This document shows, in pieces, positions 20,624 to 31,192 of a DNA stretch of 64,000 nt. Under the pieces are notes generated by a model. The model searched no databases, was not told the origin of the DNA, and saw only the letters and a program-made list of their open reading frames with translations. Source of the stretch: an uncultured Pelagibacteraceae bacterium (lineage in GTDB: Bacteria; Pseudomonadota; Alphaproteobacteria; Pelagibacterales; Pelagibacteraceae); the NCBI GenBank assembly GCA_902574035.1, contig CACGMC010000003.1, positions 42,154 to 106,153 of the forward strand, read 5' to 3'. A program made the translations under genes and the position numbers. Positions within the stretch are counted from its first letter, which is position 1. Every line of letters begins with the position of its first letter.

Positions 20624-20665
20624 AATAGCTCTTGTATTATTAATTTAGAGCGTTACATTCATCTC

Positions 20666-22534
20666 ATGACTAAAGAAAGCTATGATGTAGTAGTTATAGG
20701 TGGTGGACACGCGGGATGCGAGGCTGCTGCAGCTTCCGCTAGAATGGGCGTCAATACTGCACTTTTTACACATAAAATCGATACCATTGGTGAGATGTCT
20801 TGTAATCCAGCTATAGGCGGACTAGGCAAAGGACATTTGGTTCGTGAAATTGATGCACTTGATGGTGTGATGGGTGTTGTCTCCGATAAATCAGGCATTC
20901 AGTTCCGATTATTGAACAGAAGCAGAGGTCCAGCAGTTAGAGGACCACGGACTCAATCAGACAGGGCTCTTTATAAGGAGCACATGCAAAAAATTCTACT
21001 AAATTATAAAAACTTAACTGTAATAGCTGATCCAGTAATTCAATTTTTGTTTAATAACAATCAAGTTATAGGATTTTTATGCCAGAGCGGTAAGGAGATA
21101 AGATGTAAAGAACTTATTTTGACGACTGGAACATTTTTAAATGGATTAATACATATTGGTGAAACACAAATCCCAGCAGGGAGATATGATGAGAGACCAT
21201 CCACCGGTCTGAGCGAACAACTTGCTAAATTTAAAATGAAAATAGGTAGACTTAAAACCGGAACACCTCCTAGGTTGGATGGGTCGACAATTGATTACGA
21301 TGATTTAGAAATGCAACCAGCTGATGCGGATCCTTATTTCTTTTCTTTTTTAACAACTAAATTAGAAAACAAACAGATTTCTTGTGGTATGACACATACA
21401 AATGATGAGGTGCATAAAATTATTAGTGACAATATTAATAGGAGTGCGATGTATTCTGGTAACATTAAAGGCGTCGGACCAAGATATTGTCCATCCATTG
21501 AAGACAAGATTGTTAAGTTTAAAGAAAAACAAAAACATCAAATCTTCTTAGAACCAGAAGGGTTAAAGGACAATACTGTTTACCCAAATGGTATATCTAC
21601 ATCTCTACCAGAGGAGATCCAGCTCAAAATATTGAGTAAAATCAAGGGTTTGGAGAAAGTTAAGATGAAAAGGGCTGGCTATGCCATAGAGTATGATTAT
21701 GTTGATCCTAGAGAGTTAAATCCGACTTTAGAGACAAAAAAAATTAGATCATTATTTTTAGCAGGACAAATAAATGGAACTACTGGATACGAAGAAGCTG
21801 CTGCTCAGGGACTAATTGCTGGTATAAATGCTGCTCTAAAAATTTTAAAAAAAGAGGAATTTATTTTAGATAGATCCGAGTCTTACATTGGAGTGATGAT
21901 TGATGATTTAATTACTAAAGGTGTATCAGAGCCATATCGTATGTTTACGTCAAGAGCAGAATATAGATTATCTTTAAGAGCAGATAATGCAGATCAAAGA
22001 TTAACTCCATCAGGTATTAAAATTAATTGTGTGGGGAAAAACAGAACCCAAATATTTTTAGACAAACAAAAAAAGTTAACACAGATTTTAGATTATCTTC
22101 ATTCAAATTTAATATCTCCTAACGAAGCAAGTAAGTATGAAATTAAAATTGCTCAAGATGGTGTTAAAAGATCTGGTATTGAGTTGATGGCACAACGGAA
22201 TTTAAATATGGCAAAAATAAGGCAGATATGGCCTTCAATACCATCGTTTGGAGTTGATTTGGATGATCAAGTTGAAATTGATGCTCACTACTCTGGATAC
22301 CTTAAAAGACAGTCGCATGATATAGCCGCTTTCAAAAAAGATGAAGGTATAAAAATACCAGATATGATCGACTATGATATCTTCAGCGGTCTTTCTAACG
22401 AGATTAAATCAAAGTTAAAGACAGTTAGACCTAAAACATTGGGACAAGCATTAAGAATTGATGGAGTAACTCCAGCCGCAGCTATTATTTTGCTTGGTTA
22501 TATCAAAACTAAAAAAAAAAAGGCTTCAGCTTGA
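20666..22534 (+). CDS. mnmG: tRNA uridine 5-carboxymethylaminomethyl modification enzyme MnmG (GidA)
   Basis: 622 aa starting [16 protein letters not shown], with full-length GidA similarity. Confidence 0.97.
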   Translation: MTKESYDVVVIGGGHAGCEAAAASARMGVNTALFTHKIDTIGEMSCNPAIGGLGKGHLVREIDALDGVMGVVSDKSGIQFRLLNRSRGPAVRGPRTQSDRALYKEHMQKILLNYKNLTVIADPVIQFLFNNNQVIGFLCQSGKEIRCKELILTTGTFLNGLIHIGETQIPAGRYDERPSTGLSEQLAKFKMKIGRLKTGTPPRLDGSTIDYDDLEMQPADADPYFFSFLTTKLENKQISCGMTHTNDEVHKIISDNINRSAMYSGNIKGVGPRYCPSIEDKIVKFKEKQKHQIFLEPEGLKDNTVYPNGISTSLPEEIQLKILSKIKGLEKVKMKRAGYAIEYDYVDPRELNPTLETKKIRSLFLAGQINGTTGYEEAAAQGLIAGINAALKILKKEEFILDRSESYIGVMIDDLITKGVSEPYRMFTSRAEYRLSLRADNADQRLTPSGIKINCVGKNRTQIFLDKQKKLTQILDYLHSNLISPNEASKYEIKIAQDGVKRSGIELMAQRNLNMAKIRQIWPSIPSFGVDLDDQVEIDAHYSGYLKRQSHDIAAFKKDEGIKIPDMIDYDIFSGLSNEIKSKLKTVRPKTLGQALRIDGVTPAAAIILLGYIKTKKKKASA

Positions 22535-23151
22535 TAACCGAGTCCAATGTTAAAAGAATTCTCCTTAAAGATCTAAAATTTGATGCTCCAAAGATAAAAA
22601 AATTAGATAATTTTGTTCAAAAACTCCTCATTTATAATAAAAAACATAATTTAATATCTAAAAATACTGAAAAACATATATGGGATAGGCATATTTTAGA
22701 TAGTGCACAATTAATTAAGTTTATAGACGATAAGAACTGTACTGGAATAGCCGATTTAGGTTCTGGTGGAGGTTTTCCAGGTATTATTTTAGCTATTTTT
22801 TACCAAAATTACAATTTTCACGTGAAACTATATGAAAAATCTCCAGTAAAATCAGCCTTTTTGACCAATATTTCAAATAAATTAAGTCTGAACTGTAAAA
22901 TCATATGTAATGACATAAATTCAATAAAAATTAACTCTAATCATATTGTTTGTAGAGCTTTTCGAAAATTACCCCATATATTGAATATTTCACGTGAAAA
23001 CTGTATAAAAAGGCATAAAATAATTATTTTGAAGGGAAGAAATGCACAACAAGAGATAAATAACACTTCCCAGTTAAATAATTATAAGTATAAATTAGAA
23101 AATAGCATTACGGATAATGATTCTAAAATAATTATTCTTAATGTAGAATAA
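22531..23151 (+). CDS. rsmG: 16S rRNA (guanine527-N7)-methyltransferase RsmG (GidB)
   Basis: 206 aa with the SAM motif [11 protein letters not shown]. Sits in the mnmG-rsmG-parA-parB order. Confidence 0.92.
   Translation: MITESNVKRILLKDLKFDAPKIKKLDNFVQKLLIYNKKHNLISKNTEKHIWDRHILDSAQLIKFIDDKNCTGIADLGSGGGFPGIILAIFYQNYNFHVKLYEKSPVKSAFLTNISNKLSLNCKIICNDINSIKINSNHIVCRAFRKLPHILNISRENCIKRHKIIILKGRNAQQEINNTSQLNNYKYKLENSITDNDSKIIILNVE
22815..22828. other. parS-like centromere site 1 (inside rsmG)
   Basis: TTTTCACGTGAAAC compared with the parS core GTTTCACGTGAAAC: 1 mismatch. The 12-nt core TTTCACGTGAAA is a perfect palindrome. Confidence 0.55.
22987..23000. other. parS-like centromere site 2 (inside rsmG)
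   Basis: ATTTCACGTGAAAA contains the same perfect 12-nt palindrome TTTCACGTGAAA. It sits in a different codon phase from site 1, 157 nt upstream of parA. Confidence 0.5.
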
Positions 23152-23156
23152 ATTTT

Positions 23157-23951
23157 GTGAAACCAAACATCATAGCTGTCATAAATCAAAAAGGTGGAGT
23201 GGGCAAAACCACAACTGTTATTAATTTAGCTGCCTCACTGTCCATATTGGGTCAAAATAATTTAGTAATAGATTTAGATCCACAGGGTAATGCCACAACA
23301 GGTTTAGGCAAGTCAAATAATGACGATGATAAAAATATTTACAATCTTCTTATAAAAAAAATAAATTTAAAACATGGTTTGCAAAAAACAGAAATTAGTA
23401 ATTTAGATATATTTGGATCCAATGTGAATTTATCAGGATTAGAAGTAGAAACAGCAAACGATGAGAATAGAGCCTTTATATTAAAAGAAATTCTAAAACA
23501 AAATTCTGAGGTCATTGATAACTACGATAATATTTTTATTGATTGCCCTCCATCATTGAGCTTACTAACAATAATGGCTTTAGTTTCTGCAAACGAAATT
23601 TTAGTACCACTACAGACTGAATTTTTTGCCTTAGAAGGAATTACACAACTAGTTAAAACGATTGATAGGATTAAAATAAACTTAAATCCATCTCTAAGTG
23701 TAAGAGGTATTCTACTAACCATGTTTGATAAAAGAAATAAGTTATCTTCACAAGTAGACAAAGAAGCAAGAAATTATTTTAAGGAAAAAGTTTATCAATC
23801 CGTGATACCTAGAAATGTGAGATTATCAGAAGCACCTTCTCACGGACAACCATGTGTAACTTATGATAAAGCCTGTAGCGGGAGTAAAGCGTATTTTAAA
23901 TTAGCAGAGGAATTCATTTCTCAAAAAAATAAAATTGGGAGTGCGGCGTGA
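23157..23951 (+). CDS. parA: Chromosome partitioning ATPase ParA
   Basis: 264 aa with a GTG start and the deviant Walker A NQKGGVGKTTT. Confidence 0.95.
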   Translation: MKPNIIAVINQKGGVGKTTTVINLAASLSILGQNNLVIDLDPQGNATTGLGKSNNDDDKNIYNLLIKKINLKHGLQKTEISNLDIFGSNVNLSGLEVETANDENRAFILKEILKQNSEVIDNYDNIFIDCPPSLSLLTIMALVSANEILVPLQTEFFALEGITQLVKTIDRIKINLNPSLSVRGILLTMFDKRNKLSSQVDKEARNYFKEKVYQSVIPRNVRLSEAPSHGQPCVTYDKACSGSKAYFKLAEEFISQKNKIGSAA

Positions 23952-24805
23952 AGTCAAAAAAAAAGAAGGGACTAGGTAAAGGATTATCGGCATTATTCGG
24001 GGATCAAAAAAAGCCCGAAAACAAAGGGGAAATTCAGCAAAATAACAAAAAAGCTTTAATAGGAGAGCTAGCAAGAAACAAATATCAGCCTAGAACTATT
24101 TTTGATGAAAACAAACTCGAGGAACTTGCTGCTTCAATTAAAAAAAATGGTATCATACAGCCAATAGCAGTTAGAAAAAATAATACATCCGATGAACCGT
24201 ATGAAATCGTAGCAGGTGAAAGAAGGTGGTTAGCTGCACAAAAAGCTGGCTTACATGAAGTTCCGATAACACTATTAGAGCTTAATGATAGTGAAACTCT
24301 TGAAGTTGCAATTGTTGAAAACATACAGAGAGAAGATTTAAATATTATTGAAGAAGCTAGAGGTTATAAAAGATTAAACGAGGAGTTTGCATATGATCAG
24401 GACAAAATTGCATTAATGATGTCTAGGAGCAGAAGTCATATAAGTAATACTTTAAGATTGTTAAATTTACCGAAAGATATAATTGCAATGTTAGAACAAG
24501 GTGAATTAACTGCTGGACAAGCACGGCCATTGATAGGTATGCCCAATGCATCATCAATTGCTGAGGAAATAGTAGCAAAAAAACTTTCAGCAAGATCTAT
24601 TGAAAATATAAAAAAAAACAAATCAAAGTCTTTTACAATTGATCCGAATATCTTTGATGCTCAAAGAGATATTGAAAGAGCTATTGGCATGAAGGTCTCT
24701 ATACAAAATAAAAGGAATAATACTGGTAAATTGTCTATTGAATATAAAAATTTAGATCAATTAGAGTTAATTGCTGTTTTACTTAAAAATAAGTCCAAGA
24801 ATTAG
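23948..24805 (+). CDS. parB: Chromosome partitioning protein ParB
   Basis: 285 aa with a GTG start, the ParB box IVAGERRWLAA and an HTH region. Confidence 0.95.
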   Translation: MKSKKKKGLGKGLSALFGDQKKPENKGEIQQNNKKALIGELARNKYQPRTIFDENKLEELAASIKKNGIIQPIAVRKNNTSDEPYEIVAGERRWLAAQKAGLHEVPITLLELNDSETLEVAIVENIQREDLNIIEEARGYKRLNEEFAYDQDKIALMMSRSRSHISNTLRLLNLPKDIIAMLEQGELTAGQARPLIGMPNASSIAEEIVAKKLSARSIENIKKNKSKSFTIDPNIFDAQRDIERAIGMKVSIQNKRNNTGKLSIEYKNLDQLELIAVLLKNKSKN

Positions 24806-25784
24806 AGCAAATATTAGTTATAGAATTTTTAACAATTGTTAAAGAGTTTAATGCACTGTTATTTTTAATTTTTTTTTCTGTGTTTCCTAAATACTTTAAG
24901 GCTCCAATTACCCTTTGTTTATCCCACTTTTTCAACAATTTAATAATTATTGGCTTATCTTTCCAAAAAATAGGGGGTTTAATCTTACTAATTGTAATTT
25001 CAAAACCCTGGTCATCTACATTTTGCTTATAAATATCTAAAAGTTTAATTAATCTGAAATTTATCATGTTTAAGTAAAGGTAAGTATCTTCATTTGCAAA
25101 ATTAAAATTTGATAATAACTTGTTTAATCCCACCTTATCACCGTTTAATGCTGCATCTCGTATATTCTCAAAAATTTCATTTCTATCCGAATTCAATAAT
25201 ATGTCTAAGCTATCCTCCGTTAATACTTTTTTTTCATAAAACAATTTAATTTTTTCTAAATTATTTGTAATTTTTTTTCTGTCTAGATTTGAATAGGTTA
25301 AGATCATATTAATTATGTTCGAATTTAGATTTTTAAAACCTTGCAATTCTTGAAGTATTATTTTTTTTAAAGTAATCTCATTGTCACTGTAGCAAGGAAT
25401 AACAGCTAAATTAGTTTTCTTTTCAAAAAAATTTCTTAATTTTGATTTTTTTTCTAGTAAATCTCCAACAAGTAATATTCTCACATTTTCCTGGCGTTCA
25501 ATTAAATCTTCCAAACTAGAGAGAATTTTTTCGGTTACTTGATTTACAATAATGATTTTTTTTTGTGTAAATAATGAAATATTTTTGACCTCATCTAATA
25601 TTATATCTTTATTTTTAATTAGGTCTTCTTGATAAAGATTAATTATTTCCGATTTATCATCTAATTTAATGATTTTATTTTTTAAATCTTCCTTAAGACC
25701 AATATTCTCACCATAAATTAAAATAAATTTATAATTTAGAACATTTTTAATATTTTTCTCTATTTCAAAGCTTTTAAGTATCAT
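24783..25784 (-). CDS. holA: DNA polymerase III delta subunit
   Basis: 333 aa with a delta-like three-domain length and pattern. Conserved leuS-lptE-holA order. Confidence 0.8.
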   Translation of the reverse strand: MILKSFEIEKNIKNVLNYKFILIYGENIGLKEDLKNKIIKLDDKSEIINLYQEDLIKNKDIILDEVKNISLFTQKKIIIVNQVTEKILSSLEDLIERQENVRILLVGDLLEKKSKLRNFFEKKTNLAVIPCYSDNEITLKKIILQELQGFKNLNSNIINMILTYSNLDRKKITNNLEKIKLFYEKKVLTEDSLDILLNSDRNEIFENIRDAALNGDKVGLNKLLSNFNFANEDTYLYLNMINFRLIKLLDIYKQNVDDQGFEITISKIKPPIFWKDKPIIIKLLKKWDKQRVIGALKYLGNTEKKIKNNSALNSLTIVKNSITNICSNSWTYF

Positions 25785-25785
25785 T

Positions 25786-26259
25786 TTAACTATAATAAAT
25801 TCTTAATTGATCTAATATTCCATCTACTATTTCGTCTATTAATAAGTTGTTCGCATTTTTTGAATTATTAACAGTAGTAGAATAACTATCTTCTACATTA
25901 TAACTTTGGTTGGCCGAAAAAGTTCTTTTAATCTTTTTTGTAGTATTAAGATCAATTATTTCAACATTCGCAATTAATGATAGGTTATATTTAATTACCT
26001 TATTTTGAATGTTTTTTTCTTTAATAGTCCTATCTTTTTTTAAGTCTATTAAAATCTTAATTTTATTTGAACTGTCTTTATTAGAAAATCTCTGTATTTT
26101 TTTTTGTATAATAAAAGTCTCCCTAGTATCTCCATTTATTTCAAACTCCTGTATATAAAATTTCTTTTGATCAAAAGAATACATTTTTTGATAAGCACAA
26201 GAACTTAATAATAAAATAATTACAAAGGGAAATAAAATAAATGATTTGATCATATTCAT
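25786..26259 (-). CDS. lptE: LPS-assembly lipoprotein LptE
   Basis: 157 aa with the lipobox LLSSC. Conserved position between leuS and holA. Confidence 0.75.
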   Translation of the reverse strand: MNMIKSFILFPFVIILLLSSCAYQKMYSFDQKKFYIQEFEINGDTRETFIIQKKIQRFSNKDSSNKIKILIDLKKDRTIKEKNIQNKVIKYNLSLIANVEIIDLNTTKKIKRTFSANQSYNVEDSYSTTVNNSKNANNLLIDEIVDGILDQLRIYYS

Positions 26260-28784
26260 TGCTTAATAATAAAATTTATAATTCTATCTTTGACAAAAAT
26301 AACTTTCTTTATAGAGGAAATTGTAATTTTATCCTTTATTTTTTTATTATTTTTACAAATCTTCTCGACTGAAATTTGATTTACTCCTTTTTCTATATCA
26401 ATAATATCTCTAGTTTTACCATTTATTTGTATTGCCATTTTAATTTTTTCTTTAAGTATTAACTTTGTATCGACGGTCGGCCAATTGTTAGTTTCTTTAA
26501 CATTTAACATTTCTAGGCATTCATAAGCTAAATGCGGTGTAAAAGGAATTAGAATTTTCATGAGTTTTATAAAATTTTTTTTTAGTGTTTCACTGCTAAT
26601 TTCTTTATCAAGATTCTCATTAAATAAATTATAAATCTCGTAAACATTCGCTACGACAACATTTAAATTAAAGTTATTTATAGATTTTGTAATTTTATTT
26701 ACATAAGAATTCATTCTTAAATTAAAATCTTTATCTGAACTACCTTTTCCTTTTGATTTTTTTTTGACTACACAACTTAGGTTATAAATTTTTTGAAGAA
26801 ATTTATAAGCAGCATTGACACCTTGATTTGACCACTGAATATCTTTTTCAGGTGGGCTATCAGAAAGTATAAACCATCTAACCGCATCTGCTCCATAAGA
26901 TTTGATCATACTCTCCGGATCAATCACGTTTTTTTTTGATTTTGACATGGACTCTGAGGGACCCACTTTAACTTCGCTTTTGTCAGATATTTTTTCATAT
27001 CTCCCTTTAGAATTTTTTTCCACCTCCGAAGGAGTTAACCACTTTCCACTTTTATCTTTGTAAGTTTCGTGACAAACCATACCTTGTGTAAACAGACCTT
27101 TAAAAGGTTCGTTGTCCTTAATTCCTGCGTTATTTTTTTTTAGGGCACGCATAAAAAACCTTGAATAAAGCAAATGTAATATAGCATGCTCTATTCCTCC
27201 AATGTATTGATCAACAGGCATCCAATAATTAACTTTTTTAATATCAAAGGGCTCAGATTCTATTTTTGGTGAACAAAATCTTAAAAAATACCACGATGAA
27301 TCTACAAATGTATCTAAAGTGTCAGTTTCTCTGATCGCCGGTTTCCCTGTTTTTTTATGAACGGTATATTTCCAATTTTTGTGATTTTCTAATGGATTTC
27401 CACTTTGACTTAAATCAATTTCGTCTGGAAGTTTGATTGGTAATTCACTTTTCTCTACTGGCACAATAGATCCATCTTCTAAATGAATCATGGGTATAGG
27501 GCATCCCCAGTATCTTTGTCTAGATATTCCCCAATCCTTTAATCTAAAAGTAATTTTTTTTTTTCCTATTTTAAGTTTTTCAATTTCTTTGATAACTTTG
27601 TCTTTTGCCTGAACTACTTTTAATCCATTGAGAAAATCAGAATTCACTATTGTACCTTCTCCAATATATGCTGTAGATAGTTTCTGAAAATTTTTAGCTT
27701 TCGAAGGATTTTCTGAAACCACCTCTATAATGTCAAGATTATACTTTTTTGCAAAATCAAAATCTCTTTGATCATGAGCTGGACATCCAAATATAGCCCC
27801 TGTTCCATAGTCCATTAAAATAAAATTAGCAACATAAACTGGAAGTTTTTTATTCTTAATAAACGGATGTGCTGCAAATAACTTTGTATCGAAACCAATT
27901 TTTTCAGCGTTAGCTAAAGCTTCTTCAGTAGTTCCAACTTTAAGACATTCATCCTTAAATTTAAGATATTTTTTGTCTTTTGAAAATTTATTACAAATAG
28001 GGTGATCTACTGATACTGCTAAAAAGGATGCGCCAAATATTGTATCAGGCCGAGTTGTGAAAACATTAATTTTTTTATTTTCCTCATTTATGTTAAATTC
28101 AATTTCACATCCTATTGACTTACCTATCCAATTTTGTTGCATAGTCTTAACTTTACCAGGCCAATTATTTAATTCTTCCAATCCTTCAAGTAAGTCATCT
28201 GAAAACTTTGTAATATCAAAAAACCATTGAGATAGTTTTTTTCGTTCAACTACAGCACCAGATCGCCAACCCTTGCCATTAACAACTTGCTCATTTGCTA
28301 AAACGGTTTGTTCAACTGGGTCCCAATTAACATAATTTTCTTTCCTTTTTACAAAGCCTCTATTGTAAAAATCAATAAATATTTCTTGCTGGTGCTTATA
28401 ATATTTCTCGTCACATGTAGATACCTCAAGATCCCAATCAATCGAAAGTCCCATAAGCTTTAGTTGTCTTTTCATTTCTGAAATATTTTTTTCCGTCCAT
28501 TTTTTTGGGTGAAGATTGTTTTCTTTTGCAGCGTTCTCTGCCGGTAAACCAAAGGCGTCCCAACCCATGGGGTGTAAAACATTGTATCCATTCATAAATT
28601 TAAAACGTGCTATTACATCACCAATTGTGTAATTTCTTACATGTCCCATATGAATTTTACCAGATGGATAGGGAAACATTTCTAGACAATAAAATTTTTT
28701 TGAACTTTTGTTGTTATAAAGCTTTTCTTTCTCAAAAGTTAATTGCCATTTTTTTTCAATTTCTTGAAAATTTAGTCTTTCCAT
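26256..28784 (-). CDS. leuS: Leucyl-tRNA synthetase
   Basis: 842 aa with HIGH (HMGHVRNY) and KMSKS (SMSKSKKN) motifs and a CP1 editing domain. Confidence 0.97.
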   Translation of the reverse strand: MERLNFQEIEKKWQLTFEKEKLYNNKSSKKFYCLEMFPYPSGKIHMGHVRNYTIGDVIARFKFMNGYNVLHPMGWDAFGLPAENAAKENNLHPKKWTEKNISEMKRQLKLMGLSIDWDLEVSTCDEKYYKHQQEIFIDFYNRGFVKRKENYVNWDPVEQTVLANEQVVNGKGWRSGAVVERKKLSQWFFDITKFSDDLLEGLEELNNWPGKVKTMQQNWIGKSIGCEIEFNINEENKKINVFTTRPDTIFGASFLAVSVDHPICNKFSKDKKYLKFKDECLKVGTTEEALANAEKIGFDTKLFAAHPFIKNKKLPVYVANFILMDYGTGAIFGCPAHDQRDFDFAKKYNLDIIEVVSENPSKAKNFQKLSTAYIGEGTIVNSDFLNGLKVVQAKDKVIKEIEKLKIGKKKITFRLKDWGISRQRYWGCPIPMIHLEDGSIVPVEKSELPIKLPDEIDLSQSGNPLENHKNWKYTVHKKTGKPAIRETDTLDTFVDSSWYFLRFCSPKIESEPFDIKKVNYWMPVDQYIGGIEHAILHLLYSRFFMRALKKNNAGIKDNEPFKGLFTQGMVCHETYKDKSGKWLTPSEVEKNSKGRYEKISDKSEVKVGPSESMSKSKKNVIDPESMIKSYGADAVRWFILSDSPPEKDIQWSNQGVNAAYKFLQKIYNLSCVVKKKSKGKGSSDKDFNLRMNSYVNKITKSINNFNLNVVVANVYEIYNLFNENLDKEISSETLKKNFIKLMKILIPFTPHLAYECLEMLNVKETNNWPTVDTKLILKEKIKMAIQINGKTRDIIDIEKGVNQISVEKICKNNKKIKDKITISSIKKVIFVKDRIINFIIKQ

Positions 28785-28796
28785 AATTTCAAAATC

Positions 28797-29312
28797 TTAT
28801 TTTTTTTGTTGTTTTTCCAGAATAGTAGCTTCTTTTAAGATTGATGCAATAAGCTCTTCTTGTATTCTGGATTTAAATAATTCAACATTACAAGTTTGAT
28901 TAACAGAACATTTCTTTCTATGTACTGTAACTTTAATACTATTCGTTTGCACAGTGTTGGATAAAAATCTAACTGTAATTTTAAGAGCTTGATTTTTATT
29001 TGAGTTGTCAGTGTACCAATCTGAGATAATAACTCCTCCAGAATAGTCTACAGTGCTTAATGGCAAAAAATCTAAAATATCTAATGTTGCTCTCCACATA
29101 GGATTTGAAGTGCTAAACTCATAGTTAGTAGAGCCTCTTCCTTTACCTATTACTTGCCCCAAACCAACACCACGACCCTCTTTAACATTTTTTTTAGCTC
29201 GCTCTGTTCCAGAAATTGGTACTTTTCTTGTATCTACTTTTTTAAATCCCCCGCATGACACAATTGATGAAAAAAGAAAAAAAAGGGCAATTATTTTGAT
29301 AAAATTTCTCAT
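28797..29312 (-). CDS. DUF3576-family lipoprotein
   Basis: 171 aa with the lipobox IVSCGG. WRATLDILDFLPLSTVDYSGGVIISDWY resembles the DUF3576 core found upstream of leuS in alphaproteobacteria. Confidence 0.7.
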   Translation of the reverse strand: MRNFIKIIALFFLFSSIVSCGGFKKVDTRKVPISGTERAKKNVKEGRGVGLGQVIGKGRGSTNYEFSTSNPMWRATLDILDFLPLSTVDYSGGVIISDWYTDNSNKNQALKITVRFLSNTVQTNSIKVTVHRKKCSVNQTCNVELFKSRIQEELIASILKEATILEKQQKK

Positions 29313-29480
29313 TTTTTGACTTAGATCTCATTAAATAGCATTGTTAATGAAAAATCCAAAGAAAATATAGGGAAATAAAGCCTTTTTTGACTGTGATAAT
29401 TATACAACACAAATATATAATATTAATGTATTTAATAAGTTTTCGTACAAATCGTATTAAAAAAAGCAGATAAATAGCCT

Positions 29481-29496
29481 GTTAATTATAATTAAC
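29481..29496. promoter_or_regulatory. Perfect 16-nt palindrome GTTAATTATAATTAAC in the porin 5' region (candidate operator)
   Basis: Self-complementary over all 16 nt. Lies 21 nt upstream of the porin ATG, just before the AGGAG-type RBS. Confidence 0.3.
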
Positions 29497-29517
29497 GTTT
29501 TTAACAAAGGAGAAACA

Positions 29518-30597
29518 ATGAATAAATTAACAAAACTATTGTTCTCAGTTATTTCTTCAGTAGCTATTGCTACATCAGCTTTTGCTGGTGAGTTTACGGT
29601 TTCTGGTGGTGTAAAAGCTACATACACAGTATTAGGAAATACGGGAACATCTGGCGTGAACGCAATTGGTAAAGGTCTTGGTATATCCAACGAATTTTCA
29701 CTAACTGCTTCAGGCGAGTTAGATAATGGTATGACATGGTCATATGCACAAGATATCGATGGTGCTACAGTACAGGACGATGCTAGTTTAGCTTTCGGAA
29801 CTGACTACGGTACAATCAAAGTTTGTGTATCTGAGTGTGGTCTATCAACAAAATATGCGTTCGATAACTCTGCATACGGAATAGGTTCTGATACAGGTTA
29901 CGGCGGTGGTGCAGCTGCTACTACAACTATGCAGTATGGCTCAAACATCAGCTCGTACAACAACGTACAGTTCCATGCTCCAGCAGACTTATTACCATTA
30001 GGTATGACGTTTAAAGCTGGTTTCACACCAGGTGGTGCAGGTGGAAGTGCAAACGCTTCTGTGCATTCAGCTAACGGTGATGTAACTGGTGACATGCAGC
30101 AATACGCTGTGACTATGGCTCCAATCGATGGCCTAACTTTATCAGCTTCATATTATGATTTTGGTGAAATGGGTAACAAAGATGGTAGACAGTCACAAGA
30201 AGGTGGTTCATACGCTGCTAACTACTCATTTGGTCAATTCTCAATTGGATATGGTGAAACACTTCACGCTCCAGCACAGAGAATGACATCAAATAGTGCC
30301 GGTACAGCTGTTACGCAACACTACGAAAACTCAGCTTATTCAATTGGTTTCGCAGTGAATGACAATTTAGCAGTTTCTTACTCTGAAGAGAATTCAGATA
30401 AGAAGAACAAAGCTAAAGCTGCGTTATCTAATACAACAACTAGATCAGACGTAGAGATGGAAATCGTTACAATTGATGTATCTTACACAATGGGTGGAGC
30501 TACATTAGGTCTTTCTAATTCAGAAATAACTAATGACAGTTACACAGCAGGTGATGAGACAACAGAAACAATTGTTGCAGTATCTCTAGCATTCTAA
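29518..30597 (+). CDS. Outer-membrane porin (beta-barrel)
   Basis: 359 aa with signal peptide ...ATSAFA, alternating beta-strand pattern and Gly/Ser/Thr/Ala-rich loops. Ends with C-terminal ...VAVSLAF. Strong RBS AAGGAGA. Followed by an intrinsic terminator. Confidence 0.8.
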   Translation: MNKLTKLLFSVISSVAIATSAFAGEFTVSGGVKATYTVLGNTGTSGVNAIGKGLGISNEFSLTASGELDNGMTWSYAQDIDGATVQDDASLAFGTDYGTIKVCVSECGLSTKYAFDNSAYGIGSDTGYGGGAAATTTMQYGSNISSYNNVQFHAPADLLPLGMTFKAGFTPGGAGGSANASVHSANGDVTGDMQQYAVTMAPIDGLTLSASYYDFGEMGNKDGRQSQEGGSYAANYSFGQFSIGYGETLHAPAQRMTSNSAGTAVTQHYENSAYSIGFAVNDNLAVSYSEENSDKKNKAKAALSNTTTRSDVEMEIVTIDVSYTMGGATLGLSNSEITNDSYTAGDETTETIVAVSLAF

Positions 30598-30616
30598 TTT
30601 AGTTAGTTAGAAAAAA

Positions 30617-31192
30617 TTAAAAAAGCCGGTTAATAATTTTAGCCGGCTTTTTTTTTATTGCAGACAAACAAGCTAATGAATTTGATTTAATAATATTTAA
30701 TTTACAAAGATTATTTAGATTTATCCCACCCAAGGGTACAAGTTCAACCTTTGATTTTATTGCGAAAATATTAAACTTTTGTATGCCTAAACTACCTTTT
30801 TTATATTTGTAATTAGTATCAAAAAGTCTTGAAAATACGATCATATTACAACCCTGTTTTTTTTTAATCTCAATTTCTTTTTGATTGTGGGCAGAACCAA
30901 TTATATTAAAGCCTTTTTTCAAATAAGATTTCAAAAGTAAATTTTTATTATGAGATGAAATATATAAACCGTCAGCTTTTAATTTTGATAATAAATTTGT
31001 ATCATTAGATATATAAAAATTAATACCTTTTTTCTTACAATATTTTCTAAAGTACAATAGATCTTCGATTTTTTCTTTACTGCTATAATTTCTATAAATA
31101 ATGTTAAATTTATTCCTAATTTTAATTAAATTTAAATTGAATTCTCTAGTATTTTCTACAAATAAGTAGTAATTTTTTTTCAACACCAACAT
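30617..31192 (-). CDS. Thiamine-phosphate synthase (ThiE/TenI) family protein
   Basis: 191 aa with a TMP-TENI-like pattern (...YISNDTNLL..., IIGSAHN, VPLGGINLNN). Divergent from canonical ThiE. Confidence 0.6.
   Translation of the reverse strand: MLVLKKNYYLFVENTREFNLNLIKIRNKFNIIYRNYSSKEKIEDLLYFRKYCKKKGINFYISNDTNLLSKLKADGLYISSHNKNLLLKSYLKKGFNIIGSAHNQKEIEIKKKQGCNMIVFSRLFDTNYKYKKGSLGIQKFNIFAIKSKVELVPLGGINLNNLCKLNIIKSNSLACLSAIKKKPAKIINRLF
30621..30656. terminator. Bidirectional intrinsic terminator after the porin gene
   Basis: AAAAGCCGG (30621..30629) pairs with CCGGCTTTT (30643..30651), followed by a T-run to 30656 and preceded by an A-run. It overlaps the last codons of the convergent gene. 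Confidence 0.8.

Noticed and set aside
20626-20660. Weak hairpin (GCTCT ... AGAGC) after mnmE as a possible terminator
   Set aside because: It has only a 5-bp stem with a 14-nt loop and no U-tract.
29394-29404. Fur-box-like TGATAATTATA upstream of the porin gene
   Set aside because: Only one half of the 7-1-7 Fur box matches and the second half-site is absent. Such AT-rich strings are expected by chance.
29387-29421. Sigma70-type promoter for the porin (TTGACT at 29387..29392, TATAAT at 29416..29421)
   Set aside because: The spacing between these hexamers is 23 nt, too long for a canonical promoter. Alternative -10 candidates are ambiguous in this AT-rich stretch, so no promoter is called.
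29426-29473. 15-codon upstream ORF (MYLISFRTNRIKKSR) in the porin leader
   Set aside because: It has no RBS and no attenuator-like alternative structures. It is short enough to arise by chance in a 205-nt spacer.
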